DNA from: Tubulanus polymorphus
Taxonomy: Eukaryota > Animalia > Nemertea
DNA: 64,000 bases
Reading direction: 5' to 3'
NCBI RefSeq assembly: GCF_964204645.1
Contig: NC_134027.1
Coordinates: forward strand, 26,746,560 to 26,810,559
Position numbers and translations under genes: made by a program. Below, in pieces: positions 52,601-64,000 of this stretch. Position 1 is the stretch's first letter, and the number at the start of each line of letters is the position of its first letter. The notes under the pieces were generated by a model, which saw nothing but the letters and a program-made list of their open reading frames with translations, was not told the DNA's origin and did no database searches.

Positions 52601-53121
52601 CACCGATTGATACACCGCACTGCGGTGTAGACGCATTGATACTCAGAGAGAAATATAGATAAAAGCACTTACCACTTAATAAAATCATCGAGTACATCGT
52701 TAAGAGGTGGTTTATATTTCACCTCGTCAATAGATGTCGCCACTACTGAATTTATACGATTCATTCTGCGTATGCGAACTTGTTTGACCTCTTTATATCC
52801 CTCCGACCAACCGTACCGTCTTTGGAACAAATAACTCGTAAATTTATTCAAATCGGATTGATTTAAACACAGCGAGCTGACGAACTGATCGGGAAATGGA
52901 TTTTCATTCGATTCGAAGCTGTTATAACGCAATAACATCGCCTCTTCCATGCTGACGTTATCAGACTTCACTTTAACCGAGGATAACGAAATATTCGCAG
53001 CTTTCTTCAACATTTGCCGTAAATCCCAAAGACTGTCTAATTCTTCTTCGGTTGTGGAAGCGAACTCTAATTTGGCTAAAGCAGCCTGCATCGCTTGTTT
53101 GATGATATAATCTGTATTCAT
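40633..53121 (-). CDS. Large uncharacterised alpha-solenoid (HEAT/ARM-like) protein, >20 exons
   Basis: In-frame exons MNTDYIIKQAMQ..., LLITGMTDIWSAIRNICASRL, STWQAKEGAITG, LLANPQLTIRENMTKAF, YLMHPASTVRQATSTIFKYL, AWEWREGRLFAYELIL, acidic SDWDDWSDDEDE, last exon ...SSWHL*. Some internal small exons are uncertain. Confidence 0.7.
40973..41220. mobile_element. hAT-like MITE
   Basis: TIR cagggtccgatctaag / cttagatcggacactg, subterminal acttgccc repeats, imperfect 6-bp flanks tggata/tggtta. Confidence 0.6.
44192..44448. mobile_element. hAT5-like MITE with 5-bp TSD
   Basis: atcat|cagggcggatctaga...tctagatctgcccttg|atcat. Confidence 0.65.
49611..49850 (+). mobile_element. Penelope-like retroelement terminal remnant with an inverted-repeat arrangement, inserted into a family A MITE
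   Basis: ~50-bp inverted repeat (49611-49659 vs ~49753-49812) around a hammerhead and AATAAA; flanked by near-duplicated ttcagctt(a/t)aat. Confidence 0.6.
49678..49719 (+). ncRNA. Penelope-type minimal type I hammerhead ribozyme motif (intact core)
   Basis: ACAC-CTGACGA-T-GATCTC-taggtt-GAGATC-GAAAC-GTT-GTGT: 4-bp stem I, 6-bp stem II, palindromic AACGTT in place of stem III. Confidence 0.75.
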
Positions 53122-53169
53122 TGTGATCAGCAGTACTGAAAATAAAATAAAAACTTTTATTACCATTTG

Positions 53170-53640
53170 AGCTGCTTATCAACTCGAGCTGGCTTTCCTG
53201 ACCAGTCACTGTGACAAGCTAGTTCAATTAAGCTGACTTTCCTGACCAGTCACTGTGACAACCCAGCTTGTCTTGTGTGTCCAGCCACTGAGACAAACTA
53301 ATTGAGCTGGCTTGCGCGCTGAGTGTCCAGCCACTGAGACAAACTGATTAAGCTGGCTTGTGCCCAGAGTCCTGTGTCACTGAGACAAACTGATTGAGCT
53401 GGCTTGTGCCCTGTGTCTAGCCACTGAGACAAACTAATTTAGGTGGCTTGCGCACTGAGTGTCCAGCCACTGAGACAAACTGATTAAACTGACTTGTGCC
53501 CAGTCTCCTGCATCACTGAGACAAACTAATTGAGCTGGCTTGTGCCCTGTGTCCAGTCACTGAGACAAACTAATTGAGGTGGCTTCCTGTGTCCAGCTAC
53601 TAAGACAATCTGATTGAATCATGTGTCCAGCCACTCTGTG
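53170..53640. repeat. Intronic minisatellite, ~41-43-bp unit, ~10 copies
   Basis: Repeated cactgagacaaact(a/g)attgagctggcttgtgcc...tgtccag. Confidence 0.85.
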
Positions 53641-54556
53641 CTTGTGACCGAGTCTGAGGCTGAGATAGTTAGTTACCTAATCATCGGTTGTAAGCTTTTT
53701 ATAATCGGATGGGCTTACACCAAATTGGGGTTTATGAAAATATCCGATCGTGAAACTAATCCACAGACAGGTCACTCAACTGCTTAAAAAAGGCCGAGCC
53801 ACCGAGACAAATTGACCAAACAAAAATTTAAAAAAGGCAAATTGAACAGACATGATGGCTATTTTGATAGATGACTTTTGTTTAATTTGTTCCATCTCAG
53901 TCTCCGTCTGTTGTGTGCAGATATAAGAACAAATTCACCTAAATCTTTAATCCAAAGGAAAAGAACTTCACGTTTCTGTTTGTTTCGTTTTACAATTCAA
54001 TTTCCAGAAGCTGTTCCTCCATATTGTTTATTAGTTACTGAACTAATTATCGCCGAAAACATTGTATTACGGTGACGGTTTCTAGTCGTATTGAACTAAA
54101 ATAATCGTTTACAGTCAGAATTTCATCTTATTCTGCTATTTCGATGTTATATTAATCTTTCTGCGGTTTTTGTGGATTGATTTCTCGAAAAAATTGTCTG
54201 CGGCAAGAAAATCAAATCCTGCTGGCAAGCGAGGATGGAATTCCTGTAGGTGGTGCTCTCGTCGATTATACCGCGTTATCTACAAATCTGGTCTTAATTG
54301 CTATTATGCCCTAATAATCCTAATTAGTCATATTTGTGTGTGTATGTCAACATGCCATGACACGCTACGAATCAGGCTTACCACGGCACAGAACTCTCGA
54401 CATAACGTTAGACTGATAGCTGGCTGATAAGATAAAAAACAACGAGATTTAGGAGCACGGTGCCCTTTTAGTTTTGGACTCTACCGAATTTTAGTCCATT
54501 CAATCCATTTCGTATTCTATTCTATATAATCTGGCGGTGATTCGCTGTGCGTCAGA

Positions 54557-57500
54557 ATGAATTGTATTGGTGAAATGAGTTTCGACGATGTCAAAGAATT
54601 CCTGATTGAGAATCAATTAGATTCATATTCGAAAGTATTCCGTGGTAAGTTAAACCGCTAGGCCTAGCCCTGCCTTGTGCAACATCATCGTTCAGTATTG
54701 AAATACTAATGAAGACATCAAATTATTTTGTAGAAAACAAGATTGATGGACGAGCTTTGTTGTTACTTGACGATAAAAACCTTCAAGATTTAGGAGTCGG
54801 GTAAATAAACTATTAGGTCAACGAATCCTGAATTGAATCGTTCTTTCTTTTATGTTCTATACAGTGGAATCCACTTAATCCAGTTGACGAGAAATCCAGT
54901 ATAAAAAGTCAACTGCAAATATTGTCCGGAAAAGACCAAGATTCCGATTAAGCCGATCCGGATTAAACGGGTTTGACTGTACACCAAAACAGGTCATGAA
55001 CGTCCTCCTACCAAAACGTCCTCATAGACTGTACCCTACTGGTAAATTATATATTTCAGAGCTATGGGAGATCGGTTAAAACTGTTACGTTTTATACATC
55101 AGAGCATCCAATTAGAATCGATCGGTGATGAAAAAGTAAAGGTACAAATATATTGTCTGTCTTGTAAACATGTAATAATCACTTTCACAAGCATCGATGA
55201 TCAGTGGAACTTTGTTAGAGCAAACTTCACGGGACCAGAAAATATGTTTGTCGTAACCAATGAGTTTGTTACTGTATACCCAGTATTAAATTAATCAAAT
55301 CGTCTAATTGGGACAAAATTCTATGTTTGATATATATCCGATGAATCGTTGTAACAAGGTTCCACATGTGAAGTGTGGATGATCAGTTTTTGAAAGTGCA
55401 CTGATAAAATGTCTAATGTCTGGTGTTTGTAGTTGCACCGCGTCGTAAGGCGACAGATTGATACTTGCTTTAATCACATTGAGAATGTTTATTATTGATA
55501 AACTCTATTTGCAGGTATTCAATGATCCGATCCACGGTCATATAGAATTTCATCCATTATTGATTAAAATTATGGATACGCCGCAGTTTCAAAGACTTCG
55601 TTATCTAAAACAACTCGGTGCTTGTTATTACGTGTTTCCCGGCGCTTCTCATAATCGTTTTGAACATTCTATAGGGCAAGTAGTACTAACTAACACCACA
55701 TATTCTCCGTATATATTTTTACTGGTTTCATAATGAAAACAATTTTGATGTATTTTCAGTGTTGCACATTTAGCCGGGGAACTAGTGAAAACATTACAAC
55801 AAAAACAACCTGAACTTCAAATTACCATCAAAGATATTATTTGCGTTCAAATTGCTGGTTTATGTCATGACTTGGGTATATATACTTTCGAGAATGACTA
55901 TGATTAAATTCTAGTTTGTTTTTACGAACGTATTTTCAAATCTTATCTTGTTTTTTAGGTCACGGACCATTCAGTCACTTGTTCGATGGAAAGTTTATTC
56001 CCCATGTGCGTCCACAATGCAAGTGGAAGGTATGAGTTCACTTTATACAAACCACTTCAGGTTGATAATGTATATGATATCATAATCAACGGTCTCTCTT
56101 TTGATTACAGCATGAAATTGCTTCAGTCAAAATGTTTCAATATTTACTGGATGATAATGAACTTTACGATGAGTTTCACAGGTACGGTCTTACGGAGAAA
56201 GACATCAAGTTCATCAAAGAGCAAATTGCTGGACCGCGACACGATCTAAAATCTGAGGTATTCCAGGGAGAAAGTTCACTCAAAATTTCCTGTTATTTGA
56301 AGTAAGAATAGATATCTCTTTTCATTCATTAAATTTTCTTATTCAGATTTGGCCATATGAAGGGAGGGACAAATCAAAAAGTTTCCTCTATGAGGTAAGA
56401 TGTTCTGAAGCTATGTTAAGACTCGAGTCTACGCGATATGATTGTATTTTATTTTCGATGTTGAATTTTGTTATTGAAGGTCGTAGCGAATAAGAGAAAT
56501 GGAATAGACGTCGATAAATGGGATTATTTTAGTCGCGATTGTCACATGCTCGGCATAAAGAATAGTTTTGATCATCAGCGTTTTATGAAATTCGCTCGTG
56601 TTCTCGCCGTCAATAAAATGTTACAGATCTGCTGTAGAGATAAGGTCAGTAAAACCCATGTATGCTTTGAATGAATATTGATTTTGTGTCGTACAAGAAA
56701 ATAGTTTACCATACAGTCAAAAGTCGTTATAGTTGGGACGATCATTACGTTAATGACTTATCCAAATGATGACTTACACTAAAATAGGCTTCAATTGATG
56801 GCCTTTGGTTAAGGAATAAAAATCCTGCATTACAAACTCTACCGGTCGCTTCTATCAGGATATAGATTATGCTATTGCAGAATAGGTAGAGCTTATTCTG
56901 GTCTTGTCTCCAGAAAAGTATTCCAGGATTGATAGAGACCCCTCAAAATTTGCCTTAGAAAATTTAATCTGATATGCAGATTTAAAGACTTATTCAGTAA
57001 TGTATTGACTTATCAGATGACTTGTTAATTGAGTTTGACTGTATTTTGATATCTGTTGTACATTTTACTTAATGGTTTCCTTGATTGAATAAACTCCTAC
57101 TCGAGACGGCATTACGTCGAATCATTGTTTGGATTTCAAACCCTGCCCTGATGCATGTTTTGTTTGACAGGAAGTTGCTAATATCTATGACATGTTTCAC
57201 ACAAGAAACTGCTTACACAAGCGAGCGTATCAACATAAACTAAAAACGATCATTGAAACCATGTAAGTGAAATGCACACATTAATGATGAAGGATCATTA
57301 CATGATTTCAGCAGATCATCCGCGAATTACTGTAACAGCTTTAACCCTTTCAGTGCTGACTTATTAATACCCAAAAGTGCGGAGATAATTTGGGAAATTT
57401 CTAAATATTCCACTTGATGCGATGTACTAGCAAAGCCATCACCGTTTTATACACCGTACGATGCACTGAAAGGGCTAATGAATCAAAATATTAAACCCCC

Positions 57501-60150
57501 ATTTAATTTGGCTTTAAAGGGCTATACATTTGGCTTGTAAAGTTGTACAGGACTCAGTTCTATATTTGTCGGTTCAGATCAATCGATTTCCAAAATCTTT
57601 GAACCGGCTTCAGTTTTGTATAAAGTACAGTTGATTTCGGAAGATCTTGATTTGAAAACATGCTATCGATTCTGCGCACGTTTTAACGATGCGAGTGATT
57701 GTTATTTTTTCATGGAACGTTGATTAACAACAGGAGGTGAATAATATATACGATATGTTTCATACGCGAAGCGCGCTACATCGACGTGCTTATCAACATA
57801 AAACTAATCAAATAATGGAGGTCATGTGAGTAATCAATGTATATATACGCAGAAAATACCATCGATTTGCTAATCTGTTGCCTGATATCTTTTTAAACTT
57901 GTCTTTTGGTGTTATGTTGCATGAAATGCCTGGGCCTGGTTTCAGAAAATGGAATCAAGGCAAGTTTTATGCGTTTTCGCCCAAATAAATTTAAATGAAT
58001 TGCTTTGTGATGATGAAATCAGCGCTCCTGTTAATAATTTCCTAATCTAAAATGAAAGGATTTTTATTTTATTTTTCAAAAACAGTCCAACCCGCTTATA
58101 ATTCGGATCAGTATAATCTGGGTGAATTTGGTCGGCAACAAATTTATAAGATTTTTTTAACATCGTTAACATTAAACAACGTTACTTGATCGGAGGATTT
58201 TACTTCCTAGGAATGAAGATTCCAGAATAATCCTATCTTAGGCGAGTTTGTACTGTAGTTATTTCATTGATTAATCCTTCTTTATCTCATTTTTTTGTTG
58301 TAATTATCAGGTTGACTGAGGCGCTGATCGAGGCTGATCCTTACTTGCTGATCAGTGGCACAAACGGGTCAGTAATAATCATATATCATCTACATTTATT
58401 CTTACACGTAACAAAATGAAGTGAGCAGCATCAGTGTATATTTAGGGATCATTCATTTATTACGTACTCATTATGGGAGGGGGAGCGGTAAGTGCAATTG
58501 CGTACTGTAATGCTTAATGTATATGAAAAAATGGCCGATTTTAAGTACAGGGGGGTTGAAAAATTCTAATTTTACGGGTAAGTTATAAATGATCCCTTAT
58601 ATTGTATTTTTCTTAAACAGGAAGATGATGAAAATGAGTGAATCGATTGATGACATGGTCGCTTATTCGAAATTAACTGACTACGTTACTCATCAGATTA
58701 AAATGTCGACCGATCCGAATCTAAAAAAATCTCGAGACATCCTCGAAAAAATTGAAAAGAGAAAATTATATAAATGTATCGGACAAACGCAATCGCATAT
58801 CAATGAAATTATATGTCGGGTGAGTTGAAGTTTTCATTGAAATCGCATTCAATTATTCATTACCATCGGTATTCAATTTATGCATGAATTTTTTATTGCA
58901 TTTCCTTAAAAGAAAAGAGAGAGCACAATTCCTAACGAGATCGCCAAGGCTTTATCAATCGATGAACTGGAGGAAGTTGAAGAATTAAAACATATAAAAC
59001 AGAAAGCACCTTTACGGGCAGAAGATTACTTAATTCATGTAAGTTTCATTCCACAAAATGGAGAAATAAATGATTGAAATGATCACATAATTTGGACACA
59101 ATTTTCCAGTCCCAGGTGATCCGAATTAAGTGAGTTCTCATGTATATAAGGCGGTATTTATTCGACTGTTTTCAGATAGCACAATTCGATTATGGAATGA
59201 AAGATAAGAATCCTTTGGATAACGTTTGGTTTTACATGAAGAACGATGTGAACACGCCGATTCAAGTTCGCAAAGATCAGGTATCAATTCTCAGTGATCC
59301 CGTGATGATTTTAATGATCAATATCAGGGTTTCCAGCGGTCCTTCCGAGTCCTTCTTTTGGAAAACGTATGGACTAACATCATCTTTGTCCTTCTTTTTG
59401 ACTCTAAGTCCTTCCTTTTGATAAGAAAGTCCTTCCAAATTTAATTTTTATGTATTTTCACGCGCAATTTTGTCGTGCATTCGACTGTTGAAGTGTTTTA
59501 TTACTCAGGACAGTAATTAAATTGTCAGTAATATTGAATATACAGGAAAGTGTTATGGAATTACCCTGAAATGTATGACTGGTCTACACGACTAGTATTT
59601 CGGCAAAGGTATTGTTTAAATGCTCCCTTATGGGCCCTCATTTTACTAGAAAGTACCTCTTTCCGAGTCAAAAAGTCCCTCTTTTTGGGTCTAAAATTGC
59701 CGAAACAGTCCTTCTTTTTATCCTGGCCTTACCTCTGGAAACCCTGAATATGTTGCGGTGTTGTTAATTCAGTTTAATGTATTTGGTTCGTACAGGTTTC
59801 GCAAATGCTTCCTGATCGGTTTTCTGAACAATACATCCGAGCGTATTCTAAGAAGACTGACGAGGACAGCATCGAAATAGCCAGAACTTGTTTCAGCGCC
59901 TGGTGTATCATGAATGATATGACTATACCTAAGGTATTAAGTTTTTATTTTCATCGACAATCTTATTTTACAATCCAATCCATGTAGGTGCGTAAAGGGT
60001 ATTGACAGCAGACTTTGAATTGTTGGCTTTTGTTTGTAGGGAGGAGATTTATTAGCAGTTGAACTGACACCGATGAAGAAAAGAGTTTCGCCACCAAAAC
60101 ATTCGAATCCAACTAAAGCTGTTAAATCGCTTGATTTCTGCGAACAATGA
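54557..60150 (+). CDS. SAMHD1: dNTP triphosphohydrolase SAMHD1 (SAM + HD domains), ~17 exons
   Basis: SAM: [22 protein letters not shown]...GDRLKL. HD: [11 protein letters not shown]...[15 protein letters not shown]...[62 protein letters not shown]. Confidence 0.95.
59325..59746. mobile_element. hAT5-like non-autonomous element with 5-bp TSD in a SAMHD1 intron
   Basis: aatat|cagggtttccagcggt...acctctggaaaccctg|aatat; internal gtccttctttt repeats. Confidence 0.75.
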
Positions 60151-61065
60151 TAAACCTGAAAATCGGACAGTCCAATTTACAATCTTATAATTAATGAATA
60201 GTAATCTTACATTTTAAAACTCAATTGCATTTTATTTCATATTTTGTAATTATGCTTTAAATAGTTTTATATACATGTTTTAGAAGGAAGCGTGGATTGT
60301 ATTAATGCATGTAGCATGTTACCAGTTGTTAACTTGTGTGAAGTGAATTTTCTTCAATATTCTGTGATAAATATTCCAAGTTCACTTTTAACGATATTTT
60401 TTTGTTGACAGTTGCATCTGTTTCTGATCTTCCGACGTAATTGTAGTTTTAAAACTCTTAGAAGCAGAAAAATCTATCCAATAGATTGTTATTTTCAGTG
60501 GACGTTTATTTTTGTTATATAATATAAAATTACAATCACAGTTTAAATGCAATCAACAAAATGGGAAATAATTACATTATTCATACATAATATCAGCTAA
60601 AATTCGATAGGTTAACACATAGATAATAAGCAATAAATTGTGGTGAAGCCTCTACTCTAATTTCTCAGTGTTATTGTAAATATTCTTACTAGTTTCATTC
60701 ACATGGTTGTTCACAAGCTACTAATACAGAATATCAGTGATTTATAACTCTACCCCCCCCCCCCTTATTGCAGGCAATTCTTCGAATTTTATGTACAGAG
60801 TGACTGATTTTGGACCCAATCACCCCATAGATGTGTGAATGAAGAACCCATCGGACCTGAAGGAAGACTCGAATCAATGATGCCCCAGTTTCACGAATAA
60901 ATTAAACTCAAAATTCTAGTTTTATATCCATCAGGACAACAATTCAACGTGACGACACTTTATACTGTATACATGCATTAAGTATTTTTCTGTGAAAATA
61001 AATGAAATTCACACTGATTTTCAGAGTCAAAGATTTTTCGTAAAAGTTTTTGAAAGAGACCGTCT

Positions 61066-62529
61066 TTACGATCCTGCCTCTTGTTCCTGTCCGAGAAGTT
61101 CGAGTAATAATCCCATAGGAGTGCGTTTAACCCCAACAAATTCTATTCTGTTTGATATTTTGTTTCGTACGTTTCTCATTCGCAAACTGGCATGAATCAG
61201 AATCACTGAAAATAGAACAAAAGACTCGTTAATTAACTGCGAATATGTAATAGATTTAAAACTCTGGGGCCGGTTTCTCAAAAGTTGGTTAGAGTTAACC
61301 AGTGGATAGTTGATATGGTGACAATTGTAATTTCATTGTTACTATGGTATTTAACGGCCGGTTATCTTAAACCAACTGGCCCCTGCTTGCTTCGATCTCT
61401 GGTGTAATAAATTTAGACTCGGAGTCAGTTGTAGTATCATCACGAGTTGGAGTTGGATATCTTGTTCGAGGTAAAATGCAGTTAAGAGATATCAAGGAAT
61501 TCTTCATCAGATTTACTTTTCCTTTTTGAAAATCAGGGAATTAGACTTTTCTAATCCCGAGTCTGACAATCAGGTAAAGTTCAGGAATTTGAATTTTTTG
61601 GAGTCCTGGGCCTAGTTTCACAAAAAAGTTTATCTAAAACTTTTGGTGTAATTACCATTGGTTACTTCATGTTTTCAATGAGGACAACAATTCAAGCTTA
61701 ACCATTTTAAGCTTAAACTTGTTCGTGAAACTGGGCCCTGTTGTTGCAAACTTTTGCTGGTGCAGAGTCGCACATGGACGCTCCATGAGAATAAGAAACA
61801 ACCCTGACTATCAGGGAGTTTTTGGGTATCCTGATCTGAAAGAGCCCTGTGATTGTTAAGCTGATACTAACCCGCTAAAGGTAAGGCTATTCCTAACAGA
61901 AACACGAGCACGGATCCAACAATGTAGACGAATATGTATCCCAAAGTTAAAACAACAACAAGACTCATCGCTGGATGTGAACGCTTCATTCTGCGCAGCT
62001 CGTACTTATTCTCCGTCGCATATACAAATATTCCAAACGCGATTACCGTGGCGATAATACCGATTGCCATCTGAGCCGGGTTTAATATACTGTAAATAAT
62101 CAAACAGATACCAATAAGTGTCACTTGTGGCCAGTAATGAAAGAAAAGTAAGAATACTGAATAGATTAGACAGCTGTTAGAACTGTCGAGTTCACAGACA
62201 GTCATCTCCCGGGCCCAGTTCCACAGTTGTGAGTTAGAGTTAACTTTGAGGGGAGTTAAAGTTAGTTCATTTTCATAGTCAAACAACTCAGAACAACTGT
62301 GGAACTGGACCCCGGTCTCCACCACAGACTCCACACAGTTCAATACATACCCGATAATAATGAATATGATACAAGCTGTCAACATGTAATTAGTTTGATA
62401 ATACAGTAGATTGTTTAATACTCTGTTCACCCATCTTTCTACATTTCTCACATTTGGCACCTGAAACCTCGCGGATTCCAGTAAATAGTCGTCTAAACTT
62501 CGCAATGGCGCGATCTCAATCTCCGCCAT
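61066..62529 (-). CDS. ARL6IP5: PRA1 family protein (PRAF3/ARL6IP5/JWA-like), 3 exons
   Basis: MAEIEIAPLRSLDDYLLESARFQVP...RWVNRVLNNLLYYQTNY, hydrophobic segments, ILIHASLRMRNVRNKISNRIEFVGVKRTPMGLLLELLGQEQE. Likely co-ortholog of PRAF2/PRAF3. Confidence 0.9.
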
Positions 62530-62789
62530 TGTGGTTAGGATCAATAAAGTGGAAATTGAATTGAATTGGGAATGGAGTGTCGGGTTATCGAGTCTTGCAT
62601 CAAACCCACGCGTCCATCCACTGGTTTCGAATCCCAGACACATTTCATTATATTTTATTCAAATGGATTAATTTACATCATCGACATATTTCTTTTGTCT
62701 TTTAATACGTTTTTTTATGTTTGATTTTCATCCGAGCAATATTCTGACGATTATTCCAAATTAATTGGAATATTTAGTTCGCTATATTC

Positions 62790-62875
62790 CCGCTAGAGGG
62801 TACTAGCATACATTCGACTTCCGGTCTTAAAATAAATAGAAATAGAAAAGTAAAATAATAACAAACTTCCCGGTA
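62790..62875. promoter_or_regulatory. Probable bidirectional promoter between ARL6IP5 and UBA3
   Basis: Short divergent intergenic region with ETS motif ACTTCCGGT at ~62817 and a related ACTTCCCGGT at ~62865. Confidence 0.5.
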
Positions 62876-63131
62876 AATATAGGTGCACTTACCCTCATAA
62901 AATTTCGATAGCAGATGCCCTGTAAAAAGAAAGACTGTAAACCAATCAGCCATTTTCGTGATTCAATTTCATTTAGCCTAATTTAGATCCGATCTCAATC
63001 AATTTAATTTTTTCAATCGATTCATTTGACATTCAAATTCAATTCGATCATCTAATCGGTATAGACTTCAACTTCCTGAAAACTTTGTTTTAAATTCCAG
63101 CAGCTACAGCCAGGAGGTGTAAACCGCTGAT

Positions 63132-63654
63132 ATGGATACTGATTGGCCTGATCGCTGGAATCATGTTAAAAAGTTTTTAGAAAGAACTGGACCATTCGCC
63201 CATCCAGATTTCGAGCCCAGTGATGAAGTGAGTTAGGACCCACCTTCTGTGAAAGTCACTCTAAACCTGTTTTGATTGATTTTTTTTCTAATCTCAGTTA
63301 TTTTTTCTATTAAACAGTTATTGGGATTTTTACTGGAAACCTGTCATATATTAGTAATTGGAGCTGGAGGATTAGGATGTGAACTTCTAAAAGATTTGGT
63401 AAATTAGGTTTGACTCTTGTATTTGTGATGATGTTATAACCATTGGTTAATAATCAATGAAACATTCTGCGTCTGATATCAAAACCCACAATAAGAATAG
63501 AAAAGGGTTCGAAATGTTTAGCTTAGTTTCAATATTCCTGGAGATGATTGGATCTAGCATGTGTCTAGTTGAAATTTTGAATTAGATTTCAACTCAAAGA
63601 TCTCTTTTTATCCTTAGTGTGGGATTTTATTTTATTGATACCGATCTGATATTA

Positions 63655-63690
<36 letters not shown>

Positions 63691-63950
63691 ATTACAGGCA
63701 ATGATGGGTTTTAGGAATATTGATGTGATTGATATGGATACTATCGATGTATCTAATTTAAACAGACAGTTCTTATTCAGGTCAGTTTTAAACCCAATCC
63801 TGATTTCATTAATCAAATATCCTTAATTCTATAGAAATTCTTCTTATTTAAATGATGTTCTATTTTCAGACCGTCAGATGTCGGCAAACCGAAATCACAA
63901 TGCGCTGCTGCATTCATTAATAAACGCATAGCTGGATGTAATGTTACAGC
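63132..63950 (+). CDS. UBA3: NEDD8-activating enzyme E1 catalytic subunit, 5' part (gene continues beyond the window)
   Basis: [88 protein letters not shown]. The start is uncertain: an upstream ATG at 62915 meets an in-frame TAA before 63132. Confidence 0.92.
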
Positions 63951-64000
63951 GTATCCATTTACACTATATCAGGTTCAGGGGGTCTCGTTAAAGGGGCTCC

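Noticed and set aside
62090-62350. 258-aa continuous ORF suggesting an insertion in PRAF3
   Set aside because: It reads through a 261-nt stop-free GT-AG intron containing a MITE; splicing restores the normal PRA1 sequence.

Overview
AT-rich, intron-rich, gene-dense eukaryotic DNA from an invertebrate metazoan (probably a spiralian; this is inference). Ten protein-coding genes mostly alternate in strand: IQUB (+), an intronless TIR+RHIM (TICAM/TRIF-like) gene (-), PABPN1 (+), an uncharacterised WD40 gene (-), TPRA1 (+), a TATDN2-like TatD nuclease with a very long low-complexity N-terminus (+), a large HEAT/ARM-like gene (-), SAMHD1 (+), ARL6IP5/PRAF3 (-) and the 5' part of UBA3 (+). Introns and intergenic DNA carry many MITEs (Harbinger-like with CWG TSD, Tc1/mariner-like with TA TSD, hAT5-like with 5-bp TSD). 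The most notable observations are: (1) the TIR-RHIM adaptor with tandem kB-like sites upstream; (2) a dispersed family of Penelope-type minimal hammerhead ribozyme motifs with covarying stems; (3) a 5.3-kb composite array of 76-bp tRNA-like units, long hairpins and two intact hammerheads; (4) two U12-type introns sharing the variant donor GTATCCATTTA; (5) a PABPN1 autoregulation-like A-tract; (6) the ARL6IP5/UBA3 head-to-head pair. Exon boundaries were read by eye and may be off by a few bases.
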